From assembly GCA_033549365.1 (NCBI GenBank), contig JAWSUF010000006.1, positions 141,472 to 205,471 on the forward strand: DNA of 64,000 bases, in the 5' to 3' direction. Origin of the DNA: Acidobacteriota bacterium (GTDB taxonomy: Bacteria > Acidobacteriota > Aminicenantia > Aminicenantales > Saccharicenantaceae). Below, one piece after another: positions 27,225 to 37,181 of this stretch. The translations under genes were made by a program, and so were the position numbers. Below the pieces are notes generated by a model, which searched no databases, had not been told where the DNA came from, and saw only the letters and a list, made by a program, of their open reading frames with translations. Numbering within the stretch: the stretch's first letter is position 1; every line of letters begins with the position of its first letter.

Positions 27225-30200
27225 TCAGCAGACGGCGGATCCCCCCAGAGGAAGTTCCCGGGCCGGGTCGGACGTTCCTTGAATTTTTGCGGCAAACTCG
27301 TTCTTTCCTGAAGCCAGGTCCTCGTCATTGAGGATGTGAACATCGAGCAGGCCTTCGGAGCGAAACCCGGTCCTGTAGGCGTTGGCTTCGGCCAGGGACT
27401 GGCTCCAACCCTGAAGCCACGACTCCAGCGCCTGTCTCCGGCGGGCATCGCCCTGAAATCGAACAATGAGGTTGATATCGCTGTTGGGACCGGCCGTGCC
27501 GTTGCACGTGCTTCCAAAAACATATAACGCCTTGATCCCCATGGCTTCAGCGTCCGCCCGCCGGGCCATCTCCTCGGCCATGTGCATCCGCCATCGGGAA
27601 TGCTCCTTTCTTTCCTCGATGACGGACGTTCCCGCCCCGGCCAGCATCCGCCGCGGGCAGGTCGGGTCGACAAACATGCCGACAGCCTGCTCCCGTTCGG
27701 CGTTCATCAGCACCCGAAGCACCCGGCCCTCCTCGGAAGCCGGAACATCAATGACCCGGAGGGTATCGGACAGCGCCGCGAATTCCGGCAGAATCTCCTC
27801 GAGGATATTGGCCGACCCCAGAAGGAAGGTTTCATTGAAACGCACGCCGTCGTCATCGGGGTAGAGCGGGAGATAGCGGATTCCCGATTCGACGAGGTCC
27901 TGGAAGAAATGCGTTCCGAAAGAGACATCGGGGACGTAGTTGCCTTTTTTTCGCGCCACCTCGACCAGCAGGGCCGTGTTGCTGATATCGGAATAGGTCA
28001 CCCGTACGCCCAGCTTGACATCGCCGCGGCTGCCCCACCGTCCCGGCCCCATCAGGATGAACTTCTTCCGCGGGAGAAGCTTGTTGAGCTTGCCGACGGC
28101 CTGTCCGACAGCCAGCAGGTCGGAAAAGGCGCCGATGTCGCCGTATTTTCCGGGATCGACATAGACGATGTGGGTGATGTCGGGGACGCTTCCGTTGGAG
28201 ACGAATTTTCCGGCCGTGAAAAGAACGCTTTCGTCGGGAATATGGGCCGGAATGTCCATGGCCGCATCGTCGGACGAAAAGCTCTGGGGCCGGCATTGCA
28301 GCAGGTAAAAATTGTCCCCGTCGGAGGCGAATTCAATATCCACGGGGACTCCCAGAGCCGCCTCCAGAGTTTTAAGGATGGCGTCGACCTTGGAGACAAA
28401 GGGCGTTCCCGCAATCAACCCGTCGAACGTGGCCACGGCGTCTCCGGCCCCGAGATTCGTGGCCAGACCCATGGGCTTCTGAAGAATGCCGTCACGATGG
28501 ATCGAAAAGACACGCGAGGCTGCCGGAAAGGCGTGGCCCACTTCCTTGAGCAGGGTTTTGATGTCGAGCGTGACAAAGGCGTTATTTTCCAAATCGATGA
28601 CGTCGATCCGCCGGGGCGAATAACGGAGGACGTCCTCGATCGAAACATTGACTTTCAGGTTGGGCTTGCTCGGCGCGATCAACACCGGGTAATCGTCGCT
28701 CACCCGGTCCACCGCCCGCGTGCCCAGGCCCGGAACGATGCGCAACAGCCCGTCCTCCCGGCCGATGCGCGGCGACCAGCGGAACTCGTTGCGGCTGAAA
28801 GCCACGCCGGCGAAGGCCGGGAAAAAATACCGGCCCACGCGACGGCCGACGACCTCCTGGATCATGATGCCCATCTCTTCGTAGAAATCGAGAAGGCCGC
28901 GCTCGGCCCGATAGGCGATCGGATCGGGATTGAAAATCGAGGCATAGACCTCGGCAACGGCGTCGAGAAGCGCCTCGAGGCGCTTCTCCTTGTCACCCTG
29001 ATTGGCCAGGAAGAGGCTTTTGTACTTTCCGGCGAAAGCCGTCCCCAGACGGTCCTCGAGCAGGCTCGAGCTCCGGACGATGAGCGGGACATCTCCGAAA
29101 TCGTCGAGAGCGACGGACAGGCCCTTGACGATTTCCTGGGGGAAGGTCGAGTTTTTGAACAATTGGACGATATGGGGGTATTCCTGGCGGATGATATCGA
29201 TGTCCTTGTACTTCTGTTCGGAGACTTCCTCGAGGTTGTTGTAGTGCTGGAAATAAATGATCCCGTCTGATGTGATGTACCAGGTTTTGGGCGTCTTGAT
29301 CTCTCCGACGGCCTTGACCCGGCGCGCGGACTGGCGAAGAATCCTTGAAGCCAGAAACAGTCCGGCGCTTTTCCCGCCGAGTTTGCCGTGGCTTCCCGGC
29401 GGATAGATCAGGCGTTCGGTGAGCCCGAAGAAATCCTCGATCGACAGGTATTTCTTGGCGATGTTGATGTACTCGAGCTGCTCGTTGAAAAACCGGCGGA
29501 TCAGGGAAACACGGACGCTGTTGGTCTTCGATCTCGGCAGAACCACCCCCCGGGGCATCAAACGCTGGCAATGCTGCATGGACTCGATGACTTCGCTCAG
29601 GGTCGCGTAGACGTTCTCCATGGACTTAACGGCGCTGTAGGAGCGTTCTTCGCCGATCCACTTCTGGATGCGGTCGAAGATTTCCTCCTCCGTCAGGTTG
29701 GCTGCGGCGATGCGGAACGTCTCCTCGCTCAACTCGAAAAACCGGCCGAGCGAATCCCGCCTCTGCGGCAGGTTGGATTCGCTGAAAACGCCGGTGCTCT
29801 CGCGGTCTTCGCCGAAACGCTGGAGAAGATTTTTGGCTGCGGGGACGCCCCGCCAGGCCAGGTAGTTCATCATCTTGCGCGAAACGCGGATGAAAAGCTT
29901 CGGATCTGTATTGCGCAGGAGATCGAGAGCCAGATTCCAGCCGGGTTTCTCCTCCCCCGGCTCCTGCCGCTCCTCGAACATGTGTCTGAGCCTCTGATGG
30001 AGGATGAAATGGCCGATGCGTTCGGCGATCGTATGAAGAAGCTTCGTTTCTCCCTTGAGAAACGGACCGTCATCGGCCTCGGGGACAGGCTCCCGGTAGG
30101 AAACGCAGAGCCGCCCGACAGGGGCATCCTGGACGCGGATCTCCGCGCACTGCGAATAGAGCGTTTCCACATAATCTTGAGACTCGAAGACTTCCGTTCC

Positions 30201-30425
30201 GTGAATGATCTGGGCCTGGACGTATTCCGGATACTGCCAGCCCGTCGGGACGGCCGCGATGACGTAGCGGAACACTTCCTCAAGGGGCAGGTCGTAATGA
30301 CTGAGAATCTCCTCGATCCGATAGAGGCAGCTCAGCTCCTTGGCCCTCTCGTGGAGAGTGGAAAAGAGCGTTTGGGCCTTTCCGCCGCCGTCCTGTTCTT
30401 TCATGGCGTTCGATCCTTTCCCCAA
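27225..30425 (-). CDS. Large (1066 aa) PEP-utilising/pyruvate-phosphate-dikinase N-terminal (PPDK_N, ATP-grasp) domain protein with C-terminal minimal nucleotidyltransferase domain
   Basis: Central region with PEP synthase/PPDK nucleotide-binding motifs (LIVRSSSLLEDRLGTAFAGKYKSLF…, MIQEVV). C-terminal GSTCNGTAGPNSDINLIV is the Pol-beta-like NTase signature (GS…D.D). Confidence 0.6.
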   Translation of the reverse strand: MGKGSNAMKEQDGGGKAQTLFSTLHERAKELSCLYRIEEILSHYDLPLEEVFRYVIAAVPTGWQYPEYVQAQIIHGTEVFESQDYVETLYSQCAEIRVQDAPVGRLCVSYREPVPEADDGPFLKGETKLLHTIAERIGHFILHQRLRHMFEERQEPGEEKPGWNLALDLLRNTDPKLFIRVSRKMMNYLAWRGVPAAKNLLQRFGEDRESTGVFSESNLPQRRDSLGRFFELSEETFRIAAANLTEEEIFDRIQKWIGEERSYSAVKSMENVYATLSEVIESMQHCQRLMPRGVVLPRSKTNSVRVSLIRRFFNEQLEYINIAKKYLSIEDFFGLTERLIYPPGSHGKLGGKSAGLFLASRILRQSARRVKAVGEIKTPKTWYITSDGIIYFQHYNNLEEVSEQKYKDIDIIRQEYPHIVQLFKNSTFPQEIVKGLSVALDDFGDVPLIVRSSSLLEDRLGTAFAGKYKSLFLANQGDKEKRLEALLDAVAEVYASIFNPDPIAYRAERGLLDFYEEMGIMIQEVVGRRVGRYFFPAFAGVAFSRNEFRWSPRIGREDGLLRIVPGLGTRAVDRVSDDYPVLIAPSKPNLKVNVSIEDVLRYSPRRIDVIDLENNAFVTLDIKTLLKEVGHAFPAASRVFSIHRDGILQKPMGLATNLGAGDAVATFDGLIAGTPFVSKVDAILKTLEAALGVPVDIEFASDGDNFYLLQCRPQSFSSDDAAMDIPAHIPDESVLFTAGKFVSNGSVPDITHIVYVDPGKYGDIGAFSDLLAVGQAVGKLNKLLPRKKFILMGPGRWGSRGDVKLGVRVTYSDISNTALLVEVARKKGNYVPDVSFGTHFFQDLVESGIRYLPLYPDDDGVRFNETFLLGSANILEEILPEFAALSDTLRVIDVPASEEGRVLRVLMNAEREQAVGMFVDPTCPRRMLAGAGTSVIEERKEHSRWRMHMAEEMARRADAEAMGIKALYVFGSTCNGTAGPNSDINLIVRFQGDARRRQALESWLQGWSQSLAEANAYRTGFRSEGLLDVHILNDEDLASGKNEFAAKIQGTSDPARELPLGGSAVC

Positions 30426-30523
30426 ATGAGGCGCCGGTCGTCCGGTTCAACCGGCGTCTTTCATCCGTCCCGTCGAACGCCGCAGGGCTGGAACCGCCCG
30501 ATCCTCCGAAAGGAGGCGGCGGA

Positions 30524-31810
30524 TCAGATCCAGCCCCGGTCCTTGCAGGCGTTGGCCACCCGGCTGACCGAAATGACGTAAGCGGCGTCGCGCATGAAAA
30601 TCTTCCGCGTGCGGGCCAGCTCGGAAACGCCGTGGAAGGCCTCGGTCATCTTCTGGTCGAGCTTGGCCAAAACTTCGTCCTTGGGCCAGAAATAATTCTG
30701 GTTGCACTGGACCTGCTCAAAATAGCTGCAGGTCACACCGCCGGCATTGGCCAGGAAGTCCGGAATGACAAAGATGCCGCGTTGTTTCAGAACGGCGTCG
30801 GCTTCCGGCGTTGTCGGACCGTTGGCGCCTTCGGCGATGACCTTGACCTTGGAGTGGATTTTCTTCACGGTCTGGGCGTTGATCTGGTTTTCCAGGGCGG
30901 CGGGAATCAGAATGTCCGCTTCCTGTTCGATCCAGGCTTCGCCCGGAAGACGCTCATAACCGAGCGATTCGGCTTTGGCTTTGTCGATCCCGCCGAAGCG
31001 GTCGGTGACGGTCAGCAGTTCCTCGAGCTGGATGCCGGATTTCCGGCGATAGGTGTAGGCCGCCTGGTCTTCCTGATCCCAGCAGGACACACAAATGACC
31101 TTGCTCCCGAGCTTGTTCAGCAATTGGATGGCGTATTGGGCCACATTGCCGAAACCCTGGACGGCGGTCAAGGTATCCTCAACGGCAATGCCCAATTCCC
31201 GCAGGGCTTCCCGGATCGTGTAGACGACACCGTATCCCGTGGCCTCCGTCCGGCCCAGGGAGCCGCCCATTCCGACCGGCTTGCCGGTGATGAATCCGGG
31301 ATATTTGGCGCCGGCAATGGCTTCGTATTCGTCAAGCATCCAGAGCATGTGTTGGGGGTTGGTCATCACGTCGGGCGCCGGAACATCGGTCAAGGGCCCG
31401 ACATTCTTGGCGACCTGGCGGACCCAGCCGCGGCAGAGCAGTTCCTGCTCTCTCTGGCTGAGATCGTGGGGGTCGCAGACGACACCGCCCTTGCCGCCGC
31501 CGAGAGGAATGTCCACAACCGCGCATTTCCAGGTCATCCACATGGAGAGGGCCCGGACGGTGTCGATGGTCTCCTGGGGATGGAAGCGGATGCCGCCCTT
31601 GCACGGCCCGCGGGCGTCGTTGTGCTGGCAGCGATAGCCGCGGAAGACGCGCGTACTGCCGTCGTCCATGCGCACCGGGATGCTGAAATGGTATTCGCGC
31701 AGCGGCCAGCTCAACAGGTCGCGGGCGGCTTGATCGAGTTCGAGAAGGTCGGCCACGGCGAAGAATTGCTTCTGCGCCATCTCGAACGGATTGAAGGACT
31801 TATCGGCCAT
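30524..31810 (-). CDS. gdhA: Glutamate dehydrogenase (Glu/Leu/Phe/Val dehydrogenase family)
   Basis: KGGIRFHPQ…, IPLGGGKGG, GFGNVAQYA. Start trimmed to ATG 31808-31810 (MADKSFNPF…), which is preceded by AAGGGAG. The ORF-track N-terminal extension is unlikely. Confidence 0.9.
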   Translation of the reverse strand: MADKSFNPFEMAQKQFFAVADLLELDQAARDLLSWPLREYHFSIPVRMDDGSTRVFRGYRCQHNDARGPCKGGIRFHPQETIDTVRALSMWMTWKCAVVDIPLGGGKGGVVCDPHDLSQREQELLCRGWVRQVAKNVGPLTDVPAPDVMTNPQHMLWMLDEYEAIAGAKYPGFITGKPVGMGGSLGRTEATGYGVVYTIREALRELGIAVEDTLTAVQGFGNVAQYAIQLLNKLGSKVICVSCWDQEDQAAYTYRRKSGIQLEELLTVTDRFGGIDKAKAESLGYERLPGEAWIEQEADILIPAALENQINAQTVKKIHSKVKVIAEGANGPTTPEADAVLKQRGIFVIPDFLANAGGVTCSYFEQVQCNQNYFWPKDEVLAKLDQKMTEAFHGVSELARTRKIFMRDAAYVISVSRVANACKDRGWI

Positions 31811-32021
31811 GAGAACACTCCCTTTCGCCGGCCGGACCGGATAGCCCGACGGTTTTCGATTCGTCTCTTTCCGATCGTTCCGGCTTCTTATGATATGTTG
31901 GAAAGAGAATGATAATGGATGTGGGATTCCGGAGTCAAGTTCGTCCGCGGTTCGGATTTTTTGACACGCCGGACAAGTTCGTTCATAATGATTTTCCCGA
32001 TATTTTTTCCCGAGGTAAACC

Positions 32022-33656
32022 GTGACGAACATGAAAGACCCGGAGCCGTTTTTCAGCCGGATGCGTCCGGCGATCTTTCTCGGCGCTTTGTGCTGCCTTT
32101 TTCTGTGGGGCTGCAAGATCGGAAAAAAGCCCGAGAACTTCCTGCTCATCACTCTGGACACGCAACGGGCCGATACGATCGGCGCCTACAATCCGGGATC
32201 CGCGCACACCCCGGCCCTCGACGGTCTGGCCGCCGAAGGGATGCTTTTCGAGGACTGCTGGAGTCTCATCCCCATCACACTTCCCTCCCATGCGTCCCTC
32301 TTTTTCTCCGAGCCTCCCCACAAGGTCAAAAACTACAACAACGGCCAGGTGATCCGAAAACACCGCTCCAGGCCTTCGGTCGTCAATCTATTCCGTAAAA
32401 ACGGTCTGTTGACGGCCGGTTTCGTTTCTTTGGGCGTCATGGGCCGCCAGTTCGGTCTCGACGAGGGTTTCGATGTCTATGAGGATCAGTTTCCCCAAGG
32501 GCGCTGGTACCTGACGGCCGGAGAAGTGAACGAGCGCGTCATCCCCTGGCTTCGCGAAAACGGCCGGCGCAATTTCTTCCTGTGGGTGCACTATTCCGAT
32601 CCCCACGATCCCTACGCTCCTCCCGATACCCCTGACGATCTGAGGGTTTTCCTGAACGGCGAACCTGTCGGGTCCTACTGTCTCAGCAAATACATCACCT
32701 ATGATCTCGATCTCCCTTTGCGGAAAGGCCGGAATGAAATCATTTTCGAAGTTGACAATCCCTGGGAACCGAATCCCGACAGGTTTTCCGCCCGGCTGGA
32801 CAGGATGCTCTTCGATCCCGATCCCGAGAGCGGAGAGATCGCTCTGGATTACTTCCGCGGCTGGTTCATCCGCCGCGATGAGGGGGTCTTTTTCTTCAAG
32901 GACCGCTCCGTCCTGTTCGTCGACTCCGCGGACAAACCCCGCGACATGACGCTCACGATCCGGGGCAAGCTCCTGTTACCCATCGAAGGCGTCCGCGATC
33001 TTTACCGAAGGGAAGTCGAATACATGGACAGCGAAATCGGCCGCCTTTTCGATACCCTGGAGGATCTCGGGCTTAAGGAAAAAACCGCCGTTCTTGTTGT
33101 CGGCGATCACGGCGAAGGACTCGGTGAACGCCACAACACTTTCGGAGATCCTCATATCGGGCATATCCATTATCTCAATCCAATTTACCAGAAAGTCCCC
33201 CTCATTCTGCGCGTGCCCGGATCATCGAAACGCGGCGTCCACATCGCGGAGACGGTCACCCTGCTGGATGTGGCCCCGACCATGGCCGCCATGATGGGAT
33301 ATAAAGGGCTGCCTCATTTCATGGGCCGGAATCTTCTCGATCTGAAGCCCGGCCGGCCGACCGATGTCTTTCTCGAAACCTACAAACCGGAAGCCGTTGC
33401 GGACAGGTTTTCGCTTTATCGATTTCCCTGGCAACTCATTTATGCACCCGAACCGAATACTTATGAGCTCTACAATATTCTGGAGGATCCCGACCAGCGT
33501 CTGAACCGTTTCGGCGACGCCGATGTGCCCGACGACATCCGCGCTCTGACGGATGTTCTCAATGCGGCGGTCCGGGATATCCTCAGACACAAAGAAGACA
33601 TTCCCGTCGATTCCAAGGAAGAAGAGATGTTGAGGGCACTCGGCTATATCCGCTGA
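32022..33656 (+). CDS. Sulfatase-like hydrolase/transferase (alkaline-phosphatase superfamily), lipoprotein
   Basis: Signal + lipobox (LFLWGCK). LLITLDTQRADTIGAYNPGSAHTPALD and LVVGDHGEGLGE are typical of the sulfatase family. GTG at 32022 or ATG at 32031. Confidence 0.75.
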   Translation: MTNMKDPEPFFSRMRPAIFLGALCCLFLWGCKIGKKPENFLLITLDTQRADTIGAYNPGSAHTPALDGLAAEGMLFEDCWSLIPITLPSHASLFFSEPPHKVKNYNNGQVIRKHRSRPSVVNLFRKNGLLTAGFVSLGVMGRQFGLDEGFDVYEDQFPQGRWYLTAGEVNERVIPWLRENGRRNFFLWVHYSDPHDPYAPPDTPDDLRVFLNGEPVGSYCLSKYITYDLDLPLRKGRNEIIFEVDNPWEPNPDRFSARLDRMLFDPDPESGEIALDYFRGWFIRRDEGVFFFKDRSVLFVDSADKPRDMTLTIRGKLLLPIEGVRDLYRREVEYMDSEIGRLFDTLEDLGLKEKTAVLVVGDHGEGLGERHNTFGDPHIGHIHYLNPIYQKVPLILRVPGSSKRGVHIAETVTLLDVAPTMAAMMGYKGLPHFMGRNLLDLKPGRPTDVFLETYKPEAVADRFSLYRFPWQLIYAPEPNTYELYNILEDPDQRLNRFGDADVPDDIRALTDVLNAAVRDILRHKEDIPVDSKEEEMLRALGYIR

Positions 33657-33663
33657 GCGCAGA

Positions 33664-34047
33664 TCAGCGCCCGCGTTCGCGGCGGACGGCCAGATAGAGG
33701 CGTTTCGGCAGACCGAAAAGCATGCGATTGATCATCCGGATGACAGCCGGACGGTTGGGAAGAAAGGGCGAAGGCTCCCCTTCCCTGCGTTTTTTTTCCA
33801 GAATTCTCTGCACGATCGGACACCCCAGGCTCTCCAGGCAATAGGGGCTGAGTTCTCCACGGGCCAGGTAAGCCCGGATCTCCTGCAATCGGCTCGAATT
33901 CCAGGATTCCGCATAGTCCGACATCGGAGCCAGGATGGGATTTCCGTAACAACAGGGCAAAATGCCCCGACGCAGAATGTAATAACTCTCCCAGGGTTCA
34001 CGGCAGAGAGGGAATTTCGAAGCGCCGAGATCGTCCGGTCGATTCAT
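33664..34047 (-). CDS. Small (127 aa) Cys-rich protein with SPASM/twitch-like motifs, ATGA-coupled to the upstream radical SAM gene
   Basis: ATG (rc of 34045-34047) overlaps the TGA stop of the radical SAM gene (ATGA). Contains PLCREPW…PCCYGNP…YCLESLGCP. The longer 199-aa track ORF is an out-of-frame read-through artefact. Confidence 0.4.
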   Translation of the reverse strand: MNRPDDLGASKFPLCREPWESYYILRRGILPCCYGNPILAPMSDYAESWNSSRLQEIRAYLARGELSPYCLESLGCPIVQRILEKKRREGEPSPFLPNRPAVIRMINRMLFGLPKRLYLAVRRERGR

Positions 34048-35696
34048 TTTTCGATCTTTCCAAAATTGAACTGATTGGCCACGGGAACGCCGTACTTCCG
34101 CGAGAAGGCCTCGCAATCCCGGAAGACGTCTTCGAGATCTTCTCGGCCGAGAAGCTCGTCGGCGTAGTTGAAATGATAGCCTCCCCTGTCGGCCTGAATG
34201 TCGGGATTGACAAGATACAGCAGCGGCCGCAGGACGAGAGCGTCGGCATCGATGCGGCGGCACAAACGGAAGTACGCCTCGAGATCGCCCCGGTTGACGC
34301 GCATGGGCATGAAGACCATATAAATCTTCGGCAGATTCCCGGCCTTTTTTCTGGCTTCATTCAAACGAATGAGATGGGGCAGAACCCGGTCCCATCGGTC
34401 ATTGCGGATCTTGGCGTAGGTCTCGGCGGTGGCCGCATCGAGCGAGACGTAGAGAAACACCGGTTTGCCCGCCAGGGCGGCGATGGTTCTTTCGGTGAAG
34501 GCCTGTCCATTCGTCGACAACTCGACGATTTTCCGGTTCCTCCCGCAGAATTCCAGGATATCGCCGATTCCGGGATGAAGCAGGGGCTCGCCGAAGGAAC
34601 AGTTGACAAGCGTCCGGGCCGCCCGGAAAAACGGGCCGTAACCCTCCAGAGCCGCCTTGTCGACCACGGCGTCGATATCGGCACCCTCGAGAACCTTCAT
34701 TTTGTCCCAAAGGCAATAGACGCAGGGCGGATGGATGTTGCATTTGGCATAGAGATCGATGCCCAGGGTGAGCGGAAAGGATCGCAACTCGGTTCGGCCT
34801 TCGATCATTTCCCGGTAATTGAGGAGGGCGTTGCCGTGGAAAAAACGGAACGTTTCATGCCAGGCGGCATCGTCGTGCAGGACGATCGGTCCGATCCGGG
34901 CTCCGATTTCCCGGCCGGTTTCCCCGTGATGCCCGGGAGGCAAAACCTTGGAGAGAGTCAAGACGAGCTCTCGGGGATGGTCTCCCGGGCCGGTTCCGGC
35001 GTCGCCGGACACAGCCGTCTCGTCCGGCCATGTCGCGATATAAGGCGGTTCCCCCGGATCCAACGAAAAAGAATAATAGTTCCATTTGTTGAGGAGCGCC
35101 GCCCGGCCCAGAAGACGCCCTCCGAGCCGAAGTTCCAGGTTTTGGCTGAGATCGAGGTATTCCGAAAACACCGACAGCGAAAGAAGAGACGGCACACCCG
35201 GTTTATGGGGAGGAAGGATCACCCGGGCTTCGTGAGTCATCCATCGGAACGGCAGAAATTCATCGACTTCAAGGTCGTGCCAGCCTTCGCCGTAAAAGAC
35301 CTCGTCCAGCTCGTCGGGAACGAGAAGACAAGGGTCGCTGATCATGACCCCCAGCCGCCGGGTATCGCCGTCGATGAGACGGTCTCCGTCAAGTTCGAAA
35401 ACGATGGAGCTGTCCGGCCTGATATCGACGGGGATGACATAGCGCCTGAAAGCACCCTCGATATTTCGTGCTCCGGCTTTTCGGTCGTCGACACGGATTT
35501 CAAGTTCAGGCCGGGGCGGCTCGGCAAAGGGGTGCCCGGCTTCCATGAGCAGAAAAGCCCGGCCGGCAGGAAGATCCGCATCCATCCGGCATTCCGCCCG
35601 GCGGGTCATCCAGCGGAACGGACGCACCCCGTCATGCTCTTCGCCGTGCCAGCCGGCGCCGCATGTCAAGGGGTGATTCCGCACAACCGAACTCAT
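34044..35696 (-). CDS. Radical SAM domain protein with duplicated N-terminal domain
   Basis: Cys cluster YAKCNIHPPCVYCLWDK (Cx5Cx2C) followed by SFGEPLLHP (GGE-like SAM motif). N-terminal repeats GWHGEEHDGVRPFRWMTRRAECRMD and GWHDLEVDEFLPFRWMTHEARVILP. Confidence 0.65.
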   Translation of the reverse strand: MSSVVRNHPLTCGAGWHGEEHDGVRPFRWMTRRAECRMDADLPAGRAFLLMEAGHPFAEPPRPELEIRVDDRKAGARNIEGAFRRYVIPVDIRPDSSIVFELDGDRLIDGDTRRLGVMISDPCLLVPDELDEVFYGEGWHDLEVDEFLPFRWMTHEARVILPPHKPGVPSLLSLSVFSEYLDLSQNLELRLGGRLLGRAALLNKWNYYSFSLDPGEPPYIATWPDETAVSGDAGTGPGDHPRELVLTLSKVLPPGHHGETGREIGARIGPIVLHDDAAWHETFRFFHGNALLNYREMIEGRTELRSFPLTLGIDLYAKCNIHPPCVYCLWDKMKVLEGADIDAVVDKAALEGYGPFFRAARTLVNCSFGEPLLHPGIGDILEFCGRNRKIVELSTNGQAFTERTIAALAGKPVFLYVSLDAATAETYAKIRNDRWDRVLPHLIRLNEARKKAGNLPKIYMVFMPMRVNRGDLEAYFRLCRRIDADALVLRPLLYLVNPDIQADRGGYHFNYADELLGREDLEDVFRDCEAFSRKYGVPVANQFNFGKIEK

Positions 35697-37096
35697 GTGT
35701 TGAGGATGTGGAGGGCCTCGCCCTTAGCTTTGAGAGCGGCCTCGCCGAGGCATTCGGATATCGTCGGATGGATATAGATGAGGTCGGCCAGATCGTGGAT
35801 TTTCAAGCCCCGGGCGACCGCCAGGGTTAAAACCGGAATCATTTCTCCGGCCGCAGAGGCAATGACATGGCCGCCCAGAACGCGGTCCTCGCCGTCGGCC
35901 ACGATTTTGATCATCCCGTCGGTCCCATCCATGGTCATGGCCCTTCCGGAAGCCTGCAGAGGAAAGATCCCGGTTTGCGTTTTGACGCCCTTTTCGTCCG
36001 ACTCTTCCGAAGTCATCCCGACCGAGGCGAATTCGGGTTCGGTGAAAACAGCCATGGGGAGCGCGGTATAATCCGTCCGGCGGGCCGCCCCGAAGGCGTT
36101 GTCCACGGCGACCAGCGCATCGTGATAGGCTTTGTGGGCCAGGAGCTTGCCGCCGATGAGATCCCCGATGGCGTAGACGCCCGGGACGCCCGTTTCGAGG
36201 CCGGACCCGACCCGGACGGCACCGGCGCGATCCGTCTCGATTCCGAGGGCGGCATCGGCCAAGCCGTCCGAGTTCGGCTTCCGGCCGGCGGCCAGAAGAA
36301 TTTTTTCCGCTTCCATCTCGAAGGCCGCACCGGTTTCCATGTTGACGCCCTTGACAACCGCCTTGCCGCCGGCGACATCGGCCTGTTCGATCTTCATTTG
36401 GGTCATGATTTTCAAACCCTGTTTTTTCAGAATGCGTTCGAGACGGCGGGCCGATTCCCTGTCGGCACCCGGCATGATGTCGGGCAGGATTTCGAGAACC
36501 GTGACTTCGGCGCCGGCCCTCCGATAGATTGATCCCATCTCGAGTCCGATGGCGCCCGCGCCGACGACGATGAGGGATTTCGGGATGTCCTCGAACTCCA
36601 ACGCTTCGCGGCTTGTGACGGCGGTTTTCCCGTCGGCGGAGAGAAACGGCAGATCGGCCGCCCGTCCGCCGGCGGCCAGAATGATCTTTTCGGCTTGATA
36701 AGTCTTTTCTCCGTCCGGGCTTTGGACGAGGATCGTCCGGTCCCCTTTTATAACGGCTCGGGCCCGGACGATCTCGACCTTGCCTTTTTTCAGAAGAAAC
36801 TCAAGACCGGCGACGAGACGGTCGACGACCGTCCGGCGGCCTTTCATGACCTCCGGCCAGTTGAGGCCGATGTCCGCGGTCGGACCCGAAAGGCGCGGAT
36901 TGTTCCGCACGTCCTTGAGGATTTTCGTCTGGTGAAGAAGAAATTTTGTCGGAATGCACCCCCAATTGATGCAGGTGCCTCCAACGCGATCCTCCTCGAA
37001 CAGCACGACGGATCGGCCGAGCTGGGCGCCCCTCAAGGCGGCGAGATATCCTCCAGGCCCGCCGCCGATAATGGCCAGGTCTCTTGTTTCGGTCAT
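35693..37096 (-). CDS. lpdA: Dihydrolipoyl dehydrogenase
   Basis: FAD motif AIIGGGPGGYLAALRGAQLG, redox-active GGTCINWGCIPTK, NAD motif VVGAGAIGLE. Start trimmed to ATG 37094-37096, which is preceded by AGGAGC. Confidence 0.9.
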   Translation of the reverse strand: MTETRDLAIIGGGPGGYLAALRGAQLGRSVVLFEEDRVGGTCINWGCIPTKFLLHQTKILKDVRNNPRLSGPTADIGLNWPEVMKGRRTVVDRLVAGLEFLLKKGKVEIVRARAVIKGDRTILVQSPDGEKTYQAEKIILAAGGRAADLPFLSADGKTAVTSREALEFEDIPKSLIVVGAGAIGLEMGSIYRRAGAEVTVLEILPDIMPGADRESARRLERILKKQGLKIMTQMKIEQADVAGGKAVVKGVNMETGAAFEMEAEKILLAAGRKPNSDGLADAALGIETDRAGAVRVGSGLETGVPGVYAIGDLIGGKLLAHKAYHDALVAVDNAFGAARRTDYTALPMAVFTEPEFASVGMTSEESDEKGVKTQTGIFPLQASGRAMTMDGTDGMIKIVADGEDRVLGGHVIASAAGEMIPVLTLAVARGLKIHDLADLIYIHPTISECLGEAALKAKGEALHILNT

Positions 37097-37147
37097 AATA
37101 CGCTCCTTGACGGACCCGATTATAACCTGAATGAACCACGAGTCAAA

Positions 37148-37181
37148 CCCGCGCTCAGTCTCGGCACCTCGACTGTGCGTG
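37148..37181. repeat. 34-bp imperfect direct repeat copy 1 (internal imperfect palindrome CGCTCAG-N14-CTGTGCG)
   Basis: cccgcgctcagtctcggcacctcgactgtgcgtg. Matches copy 2 at 30/34 positions. Confidence 0.8.

Noticed and set aside
30524-32161. ORF-track N-terminal extensions: gdh (545 aa), lpd (510 aa), ltaE (384 aa), GATase (288 aa), dnaK, nrnA (354 aa), infB (626 aa), epimerase (456 aa), ACT (180 aa).
   Set aside because: Each has an internal ATG/GTG preceded by a Shine-Dalgarno and giving the family-typical N-terminus. The extensions lack conservation-like features and often overlap the neighbouring gene, so starts were trimmed.
33664-34263. 199-aa ORF read as a single protein.
   Set aside because: Its first 72 codons overlap the radical SAM gene out of frame. 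Only the part from ATG 34047 (127 aa), which forms an ATGA overlap with the upstream stop, is plausible.
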